From NCBI GenBank assembly GCA_017887425.1, contig JAGHHZ010000020.1, positions 1 through 62,007 on the forward strand: a stretch of 62,007 bases of DNA. Reading direction: 5' to 3'. Of the stretch, positions 42,404 through 53,145 are shown one piece after another. Positions within the stretch are counted from its first letter, which is position 1. Each line of letters begins with the position of its first letter. A program made the position numbers and the translations under genes. A model generated the notes under the pieces. That model did not search any database. It saw nothing but the letters and a program-made list of their open reading frames with translations, and was not told the DNA's origin. The stretch is from Bacilli bacterium. Its GTDB lineage: Bacteria > Bacillota_I > Bacilli_A > RF39 > UBA660.

Positions 42404-43177
42404 ATGGAATTAAGTATTATAATCGGACTATTTGTATTAGGAACCATTCTTGGTTCCTTCTACAATGTTGTTGCTTATCGTTTACCGAAAGGCGAATCAA
42501 TTATATATCCTGCTAGCCATTGTCCAAATTGTAATCATAAATTAAGACCATGGGAGTTAATTCCCATTTTTTCTTACTTATTACAAAGAGGAAAATGTTC
42601 TAAGTGTAAACAAAAAATATCTATTTTTTATCCAATATCAGAAATATTATGTGGATTGTTATTTGTTTTTTGTTATTTATCTTTTGGGATATCTTTAGAT
42701 TTAATTATCGCTTTAACTTTTACATCGTTATTAATAATTGTTATTTTAAGCGACTATTATTATATGATTATCGAAGATAGTGTTTTAATTATCTTTAGTA
42801 TATTATTAATAATTGAAATTTATTTTATTCATGGTTTTAATTATTTATTAGATCATTTATCTTCTGCTATAATTGCTTTTTTAATTATGTATCTATTAAA
42901 ATTAGCTGGTGACTTTATTTTTAAAAGAGAATCAATGGGTGGCGGTGATATAAAATTAATGGCTGTTTTTGGCCTTATGATTGGTTGGAAAATGTCAATA
43001 ATAACGATATTTTTATCAGCTTTTATCGCTTTGCCAGTTTCGATTTTTATTTTAAAAACCAATAAAAATCATGAAATACCTTACGGTCCATTTCTAAGTA
43101 TTGCTGCTTTAATTATCTATTTTACGCATTTAGATATGGGTACAATTATTAATTTTTTAACCAGTTTGTATTTATAA
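42404..43177 (+). CDS. pilD: Prepilin peptidase (A24) with Zn-binding N-terminal domain
   Basis: GSFYNVVAYRLP, CPNC...CSKC, MGGGDIKL, IPYGPFL. Confidence 0.93.
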   Translation: MELSIIIGLFVLGTILGSFYNVVAYRLPKGESIIYPASHCPNCNHKLRPWELIPIFSYLLQRGKCSKCKQKISIFYPISEILCGLLFVFCYLSFGISLDLIIALTFTSLLIIVILSDYYYMIIEDSVLIIFSILLIIEIYFIHGFNYLLDHLSSAIIAFLIMYLLKLAGDFIFKRESMGGGDIKLMAVFGLMIGWKMSIITIFLSAFIALPVSIFILKTNKNHEIPYGPFLSIAALIIYFTHLDMGTIINFLTSLYL

Positions 43178-43235
43178 AATCTAGGCAACTAGATTTTTCT
43201 TTTAAAATATAGTATAATGATAACTGGTGAACTTT

Positions 43236-43703
43236 ATGTATAAAAAATTATTTATTTATACAGTGATATTTGTTTTTATCGATCAACTATCTAAAGGATT
43301 AATCAATATAGGTATGAATTTAAATCAAAGTATTGAAATTATACCTAATTTTTTAAACCTAACTTATGTTCATAATACTGGAGCTGCTTTTAGTATCTTT
43401 GAAGGAGCTAAGTGGTTTTTTATAATAACAGCAATTATTGTTTTAAATATAATTTATATATTTTTTATTAAAGATAAAGAATTAAAAAATAGTGAAATTG
43501 TTATTTATTCTTTATTGATAAGTGGAATAATTGGTAATTTAATTGATCGTGTTGTTTTTGGTTATGTTATCGATTTTATCGATGTTAATATTTTTAACTT
43601 TGCTATTTTTAATTTAGCTGATAGTTTTATTGTTATTGCTGTTATTTTATTACTAATAATGATGGGTGGTAAAAATGCAAGAGATAATAGTCGAAATAAA
43701 TGA
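43236..43703 (+). CDS. lspA: Lipoprotein signal peptidase II
   Basis: NTGAAFS, GNLIDR, VIDFI, FNLAD. Confidence 0.95.
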   Translation: MYKKLFIYTVIFVFIDQLSKGLINIGMNLNQSIEIIPNFLNLTYVHNTGAAFSIFEGAKWFFIITAIIVLNIIYIFFIKDKELKNSEIVIYSLLISGIIGNLIDRVVFGYVIDFIDVNIFNFAIFNLADSFIVIAVILLLIMMGGKNARDNSRNK

Positions 43704-44568
43704 TGAGAGAATCGATACTTTTTTAGCTAAAACTTTAGATATTAGTCGTAGTAAAGCAGCTAAAATGATTGAGGATAATGTCTTAGTTAATAATAAAAAA
43801 GTGAAAAATAGTTATTTAGTTAAAGAAAATGACAAAATAAGTATTACTGAATATGAAGAAGAAGAGATAAAAGCCATTCCAGAAAAAATGGATTTAGATA
43901 TTGTTTATGAAGATGATGATGTAATTGTTGTTAATAAAGAAAATGGTATAGTAGTTCATCCCGCTATTGGCAATACTCATCATACCTTAGTTAATGGATT
44001 ATTATACCATTCAAAAGAATTGAGTAGTAAAAATGGTGAATTTAGACCAGGAATTGTGCATCGAATTGATGCTTATACTACTGGTTTATTAATGATCGCT
44101 AAAAACGATAAAGCCCATGATTTTTTAGCTAAACAATTAAATGAAAAAACAGTTCATCGCAAATATATCGCTTTAGTTTGGGGCGTTATCAATAATGATA
44201 CTGGAACTATCGATGCGCCGATTGGTCGCGATAATTTAGATCGTAAAAAAATGGCAGTTGTAAGTGGGGGAAAAGAAGCTATTACCCATTTTAAAGTTTT
44301 AAAAAGATATAAAAATGCTACTTTAATTGAGTTAAAACTTGAAACAGGAAGAACACATCAAATTAGAGTACATATGAACTATATTGGCTATCCAGTGGTT
44401 AACGATCCGGTTTATGGAAGAAGAAAACTAATTGATAACACAGGACAGTGTTTACATGCTAAAGAATTAGGATTCATTCATCCAACTACTAAAAAATATA
44501 TGGAATTTAGTTGTGAATTACCAGTGTGTTTTACAAACATCTTAAAAAAATTTGAGGAGGAAATATGA
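43675..44568 (+). CDS. RluA/RluD-family pseudouridine synthase
   Basis: S4 domain, RPGIVHRID, LETGRTHQIRVH. Confidence 0.93.
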   Translation: MQEIIVEINDERIDTFLAKTLDISRSKAAKMIEDNVLVNNKKVKNSYLVKENDKISITEYEEEEIKAIPEKMDLDIVYEDDDVIVVNKENGIVVHPAIGNTHHTLVNGLLYHSKELSSKNGEFRPGIVHRIDAYTTGLLMIAKNDKAHDFLAKQLNEKTVHRKYIALVWGVINNDTGTIDAPIGRDNLDRKKMAVVSGGKEAITHFKVLKRYKNATLIELKLETGRTHQIRVHMNYIGYPVVNDPVYGRRKLIDNTGQCLHAKELGFIHPTTKKYMEFSCELPVCFTNILKKFEEEI

Positions 44569-45725
44569 ATTATACAATATCAAAGCAAAATGAAGAACTT
44601 GTTATGAAGTTATTGCATTATTTTATAACTGACCAAAATTATAACCCAGTTATTTTAAGAGGAGCTCAAAATGAAATTTGGTTAGAAAATTTAGATAGTG
44701 ATTATAAAATAATTAGAATTGTATCCAATTATATTCACAACGACGAACAATTAGATTATGATATTTTTAAAACAAAACAAATTATGAAATCAATAAAGAA
44801 AAAAACTTTATCATTTAAAGTTCCGACTTTAAGTATTTTTCTTAATTTAGGTGATAATGTTCATATGGATAAAGAAGCTAATTTTGATTACATTACCTGT
44901 TTAAATGTTAAAAATATTAACGATGTTGTTAAAAATAATCATCTTTTGGAAGTTTTCCCTGATATTAAGAAAACTTTAAATTATAAAGAAGAGGGAATGA
45001 ATTTGTTTGTTAAACTAACTTCTGAGATAAATAAAAAAACAGAAAAAGATGCAATTCAAGCCGAAGATATCTTTCGACCTAAAAAGCCAACAATTACATA
45101 TGCTTTAATAATTATTAATGTTTTAGTTTTTTTAGCGATGTATATTTTTGGTAATGGTAGTGAAGATAACATAACTTTATTAAATTTCGGAGCTAATAAT
45201 AGAACCTTCGTATTAGGTTTTCATGAATATTATCGCTTGATAGCTTCATGTTTTATTCATATTGGAATATTACATTTATTTGTTAATATGTATTCATTGT
45301 TTGTTATTGGAACGCAAATTGAAAACTTCTTTGGTAAAATAAAATATTTAATTATTTATTTAGGAAGTGCACTTTTTGGTAGTTTATTATCTATTTGTTT
45401 TAGTAATAGTATCAGTGCGGGAGCAAGTGGTGCTATCTTTGGACTTTTAGGAGCAATGCTTTATTTTGGTCATCATTATCGCTTATATTTAGGCAATGCC
45501 TTATATAGTCAAATTATACCAGTTATTATTTTAAACTTAGCTTTAGGTTTCTTTACAACTGGTATTGATAATGCTTGCCATATTGGTGGTTTAATTGGTG
45601 GTATATTTATATCAATGATTTGTGGATTGAAATATAAAAATAACAAAATGGAAAGACTTAATGGAATTATTTTAAGTGTTATATTTTTAGCTTTTATTAT
45701 GTTTTTAATTAGTTCATTAGTATAG
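44565..45725 (+). CDS. Rhomboid protease with N-terminal soluble domain (GluP/YqgP-like)
   Basis: HIGILHL..N, GASGA, HIGGLIGG. Confidence 0.92.
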   Translation: MNYTISKQNEELVMKLLHYFITDQNYNPVILRGAQNEIWLENLDSDYKIIRIVSNYIHNDEQLDYDIFKTKQIMKSIKKKTLSFKVPTLSIFLNLGDNVHMDKEANFDYITCLNVKNINDVVKNNHLLEVFPDIKKTLNYKEEGMNLFVKLTSEINKKTEKDAIQAEDIFRPKKPTITYALIIINVLVFLAMYIFGNGSEDNITLLNFGANNRTFVLGFHEYYRLIASCFIHIGILHLFVNMYSLFVIGTQIENFFGKIKYLIIYLGSALFGSLLSICFSNSISAGASGAIFGLLGAMLYFGHHYRLYLGNALYSQIIPVIILNLALGFFTTGIDNACHIGGLIGGIFISMICGLKYKNNKMERLNGIILSVIFLAFIMFLISSLV

Positions 45726-45736
45726 GGAGTGATTAT

Positions 45737-47359
45737 ATGGAATTAACTTACGTTTTTGGACACCAGAAACCTGATACAGATTCTATTTGTGCTAGTATCA
45801 GTTTATCTTATTTGAAAAATAAACTAGGTTTAAAAACCGAACCAAGAACTTTAGGAGAAATTAATAAAGAAACAAAATTCGCATTAAAATATTTTAATTT
45901 AAAACAACCAAAATATTTAAACGATGTTAAATTACAAATTAAAGATATTGAATATAAAAAAAATTGCTATATGAATAGTAAAGAATCAATTAATAAAGCT
46001 TTTAATTACATGAATGATAACGAATTAAGTGGTTTGCCAATTGTTGATGATAGCAAAAAATTGTATGGTTTAGTCACTTTAAAAGAATTGGCTAGAGAAT
46101 TAATTCAAGGTGATTTTACTAAATTAAGAACATCTTACGATAATCTACTAGAAACATTGGAAGCAATTCCTTTATTGCGCTTTGATGAAGAAATCGAAGG
46201 AAATGTCATGGCAGCAGCTTATCGCAGTACGACCATTATTCAAAGTGTTAAAATGACTAATAATGATATTTTAATAATTGGTGATCGTAACAATATTTTA
46301 GAATATGCAATTAATTGCCAAGTTAAATTAATAATTTTAGTTGGTAATGGTGAAATATCAGAACATAATTTAGAATTAGCTAAAGAAAAAAGAATTAATA
46401 TTATTCAAACTCACTATGATACATATCATACAACTAAATTAATTGGTTTAAGTAATTATATTGAAAATGTTTGTTTTACATCACCAACATGTATAGACGA
46501 AACAGATTATTATACTTCATTTAAAGAGATAAGCAATAAAACTAAACATACTAATTATCCAGTTTTAAACCAAAAGGGTGAATGTTTAGGTTTATTTCCT
46601 CTTACTTTATCTAGTTTAAAAAATCCTAAAAGAGTTATCTTAGTTGACCATAATGAAAAAGAACAAAGCGCTGAAGGATTAGATGAAGCAACGATTGTCG
46701 AAGTTGTTGACCATCATAAACTAGGAACAGTAGCTACAACTTTGCCGATTAATTTTAGAAATATGGCAGTTGGTAGTTCGAATACAATTGTTTATAATTT
46801 ATTTAAAGAAAATAAAGTTGTTATTCCATCTAATATAGCTGGAGCTATGTTATCAGGAATATTATCAGATACTCTTATTTTAAAATCTCCAACCACAACT
46901 AAACTAGATATTGAAGCTGTTAAAGAATTATCTTCTATCGCTTCAGTTGATTATCAAGAATATGGTATTGCGATGTTTAAGGCTGGATCATCATTAGAGG
47001 GTATTGATAAAGAAGATATCATATATCAAGACTTTAAAAACTTTAATTATAATAATGATAAAATTGGTGTTGGTCAAGTATTTACGACCGATGTTGATTA
47101 TATTTTAAATAATAAAGAAGAATATGTTGAATTACTTAACAAAATATCTATTGATAGAAAATATAAAATAGTTTTACTATTTATAACAGACATTATTAAA
47201 AATGGTTCATATATTTTATATAATGATGAATCACAAGATATAATTAAAGAAAGTTATAAATTAGAACGAATTAAAGAAGGTCACTATTTAAAAGACATTG
47301 TTTCAAGAAAAAAACAAATGATACCACCAATTTTAGAAACATTAGAAAAATTGTCTTAA
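45737..47359 (+). CDS. ppaC: Mn-dependent inorganic pyrophosphatase with CBS/DRTGG insert
   Basis: GHQKPDTDS, VDHNE, DHH, SDT.LKSPTTT, SRKKQ. Confidence 0.92.
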   Translation: MELTYVFGHQKPDTDSICASISLSYLKNKLGLKTEPRTLGEINKETKFALKYFNLKQPKYLNDVKLQIKDIEYKKNCYMNSKESINKAFNYMNDNELSGLPIVDDSKKLYGLVTLKELARELIQGDFTKLRTSYDNLLETLEAIPLLRFDEEIEGNVMAAAYRSTTIIQSVKMTNNDILIIGDRNNILEYAINCQVKLIILVGNGEISEHNLELAKEKRINIIQTHYDTYHTTKLIGLSNYIENVCFTSPTCIDETDYYTSFKEISNKTKHTNYPVLNQKGECLGLFPLTLSSLKNPKRVILVDHNEKEQSAEGLDEATIVEVVDHHKLGTVATTLPINFRNMAVGSSNTIVYNLFKENKVVIPSNIAGAMLSGILSDTLILKSPTTTKLDIEAVKELSSIASVDYQEYGIAMFKAGSSLEGIDKEDIIYQDFKNFNYNNDKIGVGQVFTTDVDYILNNKEEYVELLNKISIDRKYKIVLLFITDIIKNGSYILYNDESQDIIKESYKLERIKEGHYLKDIVSRKKQMIPPILETLEKLS

Positions 47360-47404
47360 ACTGATAAAATTGTCAATTTTTATTGATATTTTATCAGTTT
47401 TTTT
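47358..47404 (+). terminator. Intrinsic terminator of the pilC...ppaC run
   Basis: AAACTGATAAAAT / ATTTTATCAGTTT arms followed by T-run. Confidence 0.7.
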
Positions 47405-47462
47405 GACATTTTATTTAGTTCTAAAGTACTATAATTTTTAATAAGTTAAAGTAGGTGATAAT

Positions 47463-48368
47463 GTGCGAAAAATGCATTTAAAAAGAAAGAAAAATTTTAA
47501 ATTTTTAAGTTACTTTTTATTTGTTATAGCATTATTTATTATTATTAGTTTTATTTTAAAAGATGTAAAGTTAAGTAGTAATGAAAATTTTATTAATCAA
47601 CTATTACATAATTCTAATAGTCATATTGTTTATAATGTTGAAAATGACTTATTTAGTGAATTTATAAACACTATTAATAATATTCAATTATCAGAGCCAA
47701 TTACTATTTTAGATAAAGTTTTTGCCTATGAAAAAGAACCAGAAGCAACGCAAGTTTTTGCTTATATTCAAAATAATGTTGTCGATAATCCCCGTGTCTA
47801 CATTTATAGTACCCATCCAAATGAAGGATATTTAGGTGAGAAATTAGAAGGATATGACTTAGATAATACCGTTATTTTGGCTTCAATTTTATTGCAAGAA
47901 AAATTAAATGAAAAGGGAATTGGAACAATTATTGAAGAGAGAAGTGCTAGTGAATATATTAAAGAACATGATTTAGATTATAATCAAAGTTATCTTGCAA
48001 CAAGAGAATTTTTAAAAGAAAAATTAGAAGAAAATGATTTTGATTTAATAATCGATTTGCACCGTGATGCAGTTTCAAAAGATATTACTACAACTACAAT
48101 AGATAATCAAGATTATGCGAAAATAATGTTTGTCGCTAATGTTAATTATAAAGAAAACATCGCTTTAGCTAATAATTTAAATAACATTATTAACGATAAA
48201 TATCCAACTTTATCGCGAGGAATTTATAATAAATATATTGATAATTTTAATCAAGATTTAAATAGTAATGTTGTTTTAATCGAATTAGGCGGTAATTATA
48301 ACAAGATGGAGGAGGTATTATTGTCGATTGATGCTTTAGCAAATTCAATAGAGGAGCTATTAAAATGA
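47463..48368 (+). CDS. spoIIP: Stage II sporulation protein P
   Basis: VYIYSTHPNE, IDLHRD, IELGG. Confidence 0.85.
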   Translation: MRKMHLKRKKNFKFLSYFLFVIALFIIISFILKDVKLSSNENFINQLLHNSNSHIVYNVENDLFSEFINTINNIQLSEPITILDKVFAYEKEPEATQVFAYIQNNVVDNPRVYIYSTHPNEGYLGEKLEGYDLDNTVILASILLQEKLNEKGIGTIIEERSASEYIKEHDLDYNQSYLATREFLKEKLEENDFDLIIDLHRDAVSKDITTTTIDNQDYAKIMFVANVNYKENIALANNLNNIINDKYPTLSRGIYNKYIDNFNQDLNSNVVLIELGGNYNKMEEVLLSIDALANSIEELLK

Positions 48369-48700
48369 AAAATGTTAAATTAAGAACCAAAGTATTTCGC
48401 ATTAGTTTTATTATTTTATTTGCTATTTTTATAACTGTTTTTATTAGTAATAAATATGGTTATTATGAATATCAAAAGCATGAGCAAGTTACTTTAACCC
48501 AAGAACAAATTAAACAGTTTGAACAAGATGTTAAAGATGGGAAAAAAGTTGATTTAGAAAATTATTTATCACATACTAGTAAAAACTATCAAACTAAATT
48601 TTCACAAATGGGGTTAAATCTATCTAATTCAATAGCCAATACTATTAAAAATGGTGTCGATGGATTCTTTAAGTATGTCAGTAAATTTGTTGTCGAATAA
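48365..48700 (+). CDS. Hypothetical single-TM protein
   Basis: ATGA overlap with spoIIP; one TM. Confidence 0.7.
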   Translation: MKNVKLRTKVFRISFIILFAIFITVFISNKYGYYEYQKHEQVTLTQEQIKQFEQDVKDGKKVDLENYLSHTSKNYQTKFSQMGLNLSNSIANTIKNGVDGFFKYVSKFVVE

Positions 48701-48780
48701 AAGCGAAAAAATATTCGCTTTTTTCTTTACAAGCTAATTTTCTTTTGATAAAATTTTATTAGATGAGGTGGTGAATTAAA

Positions 48781-49986
48781 ATGGAAAGAATTATATTTCA
48801 CATCGATGTTAACAATGCCTTTTTATCATGGACAGCACTTGATTTACTTAATCAAGGATATAAATATGATATAAGAGACTCGTATGCTGTTATTGGTGGT
48901 GATCCTAAAGCGAGAAAAGGAATTGTTTTAGCTAAATCTAACGCTTGTAAAAAACTTGGTATTTATACATCGATGACTTTATATGAAGCAAAGAAAAAAT
49001 GTTCTGTTTTAAAAATATATCCCCCTAATTATAAGTTTTATAGTGAAATGAGTAATAAATTATTTGATTTGTTAAGTAAATATACCCCTGATATTGAAAT
49101 TGCCAGTATCGACGAATGCTATCTAGATTATGGCAAAGTAAAAAGTTTATATGGCGATGAATATGAATTTGCTACTAAATTACAAAAAGAAATTTACGAA
49201 ACTTTAAAATTTACCGTCAATATTGGAATCGCTAATAATAAATTGTGCGCCAAAATGGCTAGTGATTTTAGTAAGCCAAACAAAATTCATACTTTATATG
49301 CTAATGAAGTTGAATCTAAAATGTATCCGTTACCGATTAATGACTTATTTATGATTGGTAAAAAAACAAGTGAAAAACTAATGAATCTAGGTATTAAGAC
49401 AATCGGCGATTTAGCTAATTTTCCTTATGATAAATTATATCCTCATTTTAAAAATCAAGCTAAATTTTTAATTAATCAAGCAAGAGGAATTGATGATAGC
49501 ATTGTCGATAGTGAAACATTTATTCCAAAAGGAATCAGTAATGAAATAACACTAGAAAAAGATATTACGATAAAAGAAGAGTTATATCCTTATTTGATGA
49601 GTATATGCGAAGCTATTAGTGTTAGATTAAGAAGACAAAAGAAATATGCAATGGTTATTTGTGTTATTTTGAAAGATAATTATTTTAAAAGAAAATCCCA
49701 TCAAAAAAAATTAGTTAATGCTACCAATGTCACAAGTGATATTTATAAATTTGCTAAAGAAATTTTAGATGAGATGTGGAATGATGAAAGAATCAGACTA
49801 ATTGGAGTAAGATTAGATAAATTAGTTGATAATGTTATGTATCAAGCATCTTTATTTGATAGTGATAATAATATTGAAGAATCGAAAGTCGATGTTGTTA
49901 TCGATAATCTAAAACAAAAATATGGTAACAAAATTATTACTAAAGCTAGTTTGAAAAATGATAAAAAACAGTTTAAAGGATTATAA
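48781..49986 (+). CDS. dinB: DNA polymerase IV
   Basis: HIDVNNAF, SIDECYLD, CAKMASD..KP, RLIGV. Confidence 0.93.
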   Translation: MERIIFHIDVNNAFLSWTALDLLNQGYKYDIRDSYAVIGGDPKARKGIVLAKSNACKKLGIYTSMTLYEAKKKCSVLKIYPPNYKFYSEMSNKLFDLLSKYTPDIEIASIDECYLDYGKVKSLYGDEYEFATKLQKEIYETLKFTVNIGIANNKLCAKMASDFSKPNKIHTLYANEVESKMYPLPINDLFMIGKKTSEKLMNLGIKTIGDLANFPYDKLYPHFKNQAKFLINQARGIDDSIVDSETFIPKGISNEITLEKDITIKEELYPYLMSICEAISVRLRRQKKYAMVICVILKDNYFKRKSHQKKLVNATNVTSDIYKFAKEILDEMWNDERIRLIGVRLDKLVDNVMYQASLFDSDNNIEESKVDVVIDNLKQKYGNKIITKASLKNDKKQFKGL

Positions 49987-50041
49987 ATTTGTTATATTTT
50001 AATTTTTGTGTTATTATATTTCCTACTAAAGGGGGATTTTT

Positions 50042-51037
50042 ATGGAATATGAACTAAAAAAAGAAGATTATGAAGATATTAATAGTCTAATAATGATAAG
50101 TGCCCAAATAAAAGATTTATATGATGAATTATATAAACTAGAATTAAATGGTAAAAAAGGTACAAGTGAATATCAAGCAGTAATTACTAGACTAAAATCA
50201 TCTCTTTTTGTTGAGGATAATATTTATGGACGAATTGGTGATGATTATGATAAAAATCTTCAGATTTTAAAATACTTAAATCAAAATAATCGTTTAGAAG
50301 AATTTGAAAGAAAAATACCAATTTTTAGCCCCAATTTAGTAATGGCTAGAATAAGTGCTAAATTAACTAGAAATATCATATTGAAAACTGGAAACATTAT
50401 TCCTGATGAAGTTAAATATTTTTTAGAAATAAATGGTATATCAAGTAAAGAACTAACTGATTCACTTTCAACTTCTATAAACGTTAAAGAAAGTATTACT
50501 TTAGACCTTATGAATTGTCTTTTAGCAATTATTGAAGACAAACAACACCCAGATAAAGATGTTAATAATCAATTAAAAGAAACAAAATATACCGTTAGTT
50601 ACTTATATCATAAAGTAGAGAAGTCTTTATTAGAAAATGGCTTTGAAATTGAGAAAAATCCTTATGTTGAGACGCTTTTAGTTGGTCAAATGAGTCATTG
50701 GCCAAAAGAAATTATTGAGAAAATAAAACAATTATATGGTATAGAATATTATAATCAAGCTATAAATGCTATGTTAGTTTATGAAGATGAAGATTTAAAA
50801 GATAAAAATATAATGACTAAAATGATAGTATACCAATCATTTTTAAGAACGATTTTTCTTTTATTCGATGGGGATACAATTATGGATTTAAACTCTAAAT
50901 TCCACGATTTAATCGATGATGATAAGATGCAAAAAGTTTTTTCAACTAGAAAAGAAGTGGTTGAAATGATTATAAATGCTTACAGAAAAGTAAAAAATGA
51001 TAAAAACATTCCTAAAATAATTTCATTAAAATTATAA
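50042..51037 (+). CDS. Hypothetical protein
   Basis: 331-aa ORF, AAAGGGGGA RBS, no recognised motif. Confidence 0.75.
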   Translation: MEYELKKEDYEDINSLIMISAQIKDLYDELYKLELNGKKGTSEYQAVITRLKSSLFVEDNIYGRIGDDYDKNLQILKYLNQNNRLEEFERKIPIFSPNLVMARISAKLTRNIILKTGNIIPDEVKYFLEINGISSKELTDSLSTSINVKESITLDLMNCLLAIIEDKQHPDKDVNNQLKETKYTVSYLYHKVEKSLLENGFEIEKNPYVETLLVGQMSHWPKEIIEKIKQLYGIEYYNQAINAMLVYEDEDLKDKNIMTKMIVYQSFLRTIFLLFDGDTIMDLNSKFHDLIDDDKMQKVFSTRKEVVEMIINAYRKVKNDKNIPKIISLKL

Positions 51038-51102
51038 AAAAATAACATAAAAAAATTGTAATTATGTGAAAATTGTGTTAAAATAACAAATAGGTGATAA
51101 AA

Positions 51103-51624
51103 ATGGACTTAAATGAAATTAAAAATTCATTAAATTCCAACCCTAATTTAACCGATGACATCAAAGACTGTTTAATGGAATTAATTAGTTTATTTAATAG
51201 TAAATTTCCTGATGTTAAGCTTACTAATTTAAATGAACGTTTAAAAACTTTAAAAATAATAAGAGGAAGTCGTTTTTTAATCAAAAACTCATCTTATTAT
51301 GATCCAATCGACAATGAAATATTAATTAATCTAGTTAAAATAGATGACAGCATTGATTGTAAACATGTTTTTATGCGGGAACTATTAAATATGATAACAG
51401 CTAAAGATAATTTTACAGGATTTAATAAGGACAATGCCTATGAAGCTTTAAATATTGGTTATACAGAAATTTTAGCTAATTATTTAGTAGGAAATGAAAA
51501 CGAGTCTGAATATGAAGATGAAATAGTTGCTACTAATATGATTGCAGAGGTTATAGGTAATGATACATTATTTAATGCTTACTTCAACAATGATGAAACT
51601 TTGATAATGAATAGTGTTTGTTAG
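51103..51624 (+). CDS. Hypothetical protein with degenerate zincin-like motifs
   Basis: RELLN in place of HExxH; ALNIGYTE in place of LNEGxTE. Confidence 0.6.
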   Translation: MDLNEIKNSLNSNPNLTDDIKDCLMELISLFNSKFPDVKLTNLNERLKTLKIIRGSRFLIKNSSYYDPIDNEILINLVKIDDSIDCKHVFMRELLNMITAKDNFTGFNKDNAYEALNIGYTEILANYLVGNENESEYEDEIVATNMIAEVIGNDTLFNAYFNNDETLIMNSVC

Positions 51625-51636
51625 AAGGAGTTTTAT

Positions 51637-51891
51637 ATGAACGAATTTATGGATATTATGAGACTAATGAACAATGGTCTAAATAATGAAAGTACTTTAA
51701 AAGAAACTTACCCTAGAATTGTTAAGTTAGCTTTACTTAAGAATCCTGGTAATATCGATAAAGTAACCGCATGGATGTTACCTGAAGAATGTTTTTCTCG
51801 TCCTCATCCTGGGTTAAATGAAGTAGTATCAGCTTGTCAAGAAGTAGTTCCAACAATGGAACAATCTATCGAACAGCCGAGAGTTAGATAA
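51637..51891 (+). CDS. Hypothetical protein
   Basis: 84-aa ORF, RBS GAAGGAG. Confidence 0.6.
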   Translation: MNEFMDIMRLMNNGLNNESTLKETYPRIVKLALLKNPGNIDKVTAWMLPEECFSRPHPGLNEVVSACQEVVPTMEQSIEQPRVR

Positions 51892-51894
51892 ACT

Positions 51895-52085
51895 GTGAAA
51901 AAGAAGTAGTACTAAAAGCAATTATTTATAGAGAGAATGTGGTTGGTGGAAACATTTGATAATCTTTTAGGAATTCACCTTTGGAGTTTGTTTTGGTGAC
52001 GCGTTATAGTCAAAAAGGTAGTTAATCTACAAATTAAGGTGGTACCACGAGCAATTCGTCCTTTGGGATAAATTGCTTTTTATTT
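51895..52085 (+). promoter_or_regulatory. T-box riboswitch (Phe)
   Basis: AGAGA and GGTGGAA in stem I; specifier TTC at 51974-51976; AAGGTGGTACCACG at 52036-52049; terminator; upstream of pheS. Confidence 0.92.
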
Positions 52086-52101
52086 TGAAAGGAGATAAAT
52101 T

Positions 52102-53145
52102 ATGATTGACGCAAAAAAAATAAAAGAAGAATTAATTGATGAAATAAAAAATATAACTGATCCTAAAGCTTTATATGATATAAGAGTTAAATATCTTGGT
52201 AAAAAAGGAATTATTAGTGAATTAGTTTCTAATTTAGGAAAATTATCAATCGAAGAAAAAAAACAATATGGCCCTATTATTAATACCTTAAAACAAGAAG
52301 CAACTAAGTTATTTGACGATAAAAATAAAGAAATCGAATTAAATGTTTTAAACGAAAAATTAAAAAATGAAAAAATTGATATTTCTTTACCAAGTATCAA
52401 AGTACCTGTTGGTAGTCCTAATATTTTAGAAAAATTAATTGAAGAAGTTGAGGAATTATTGATATCTTTAGGCTATGATGTTGTCGATGGTCCAGAAGTA
52501 GAAGAGGATAAATACAATTTTGAAATGTTGAATATTCCTAAAGGACATCCAGCTCGTGATGCACAAGATACTTTTTATATTAAAGGAGAAGAGATTCTAC
52601 TTAGAAGTCAAACTTCTCCAGTTCAAGTAAGAACTATGTTAGCTTGTAAAGGTGAAAAACCAGTTAGAATGATTTGCCCTGGTAAGACTTATCGTCGGGA
52701 TAATGATGATGCTACTCATTCTCATCAATTTATGCAAATAGAAGGTTTATTAGTTGATAAAGATATTAGTTTATCAGATTTAAAAGGAACAATTGATATT
52801 ATTGTTAAAAAATTATTTGGTGAAAATATCGAAACAAGATTTAGACCAAGTTATTATCAATTTACTGAACCATCTGTTGAAGTTGATATTAGTTGTTTTA
52901 ACTGTAAGGGTAGTGGTTGTCATATTTGTAAACATACTGGTTGGATAACCGTAGCAGGAGCCGGCGTTGTTCATCCTAATGTTTTAAGAATGTGTGGATA
53001 TGACCCAAAAGTTTGGTCAGGATTTGCCTTTGGCTTTGGTGCTGAAAGACTAGCAATGCTTAAATATGGTATCGATGATTTAAGAGTTTTCTATAATACT
53101 GATTTAAGAGAATTAGCAACTTTTGATAGAAAGGAAAGTGAGTAA
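52102..53145 (+). CDS. pheS: Phenylalanyl-tRNA synthetase alpha subunit
   Basis: HPARDAQDTF, RSQTSPVQ, FTEPS, AFGFGAER. Confidence 0.97.
   Translation: MIDAKKIKEELIDEIKNITDPKALYDIRVKYLGKKGIISELVSNLGKLSIEEKKQYGPIINTLKQEATKLFDDKNKEIELNVLNEKLKNEKIDISLPSIKVPVGSPNILEKLIEEVEELLISLGYDVVDGPEVEEDKYNFEMLNIPKGHPARDAQDTFYIKGEEILLRSQTSPVQVRTMLACKGEKPVRMICPGKTYRRDNDDATHSHQFMQIEGLLVDKDISLSDLKGTIDIIVKKLFGENIETRFRPSYYQFTEPSVEVDISCFNCKGSGCHICKHTGWITVAGAGVVHPNVLRMCGYDPKVWSGFAFGFGAERLAMLKYGIDDLRVFYNTDLRELATFDRKESE

Noticed and set aside
52890-52935. CxxC...CxxC motif in PheS
   Set aside because: Common in Firmicute PheS
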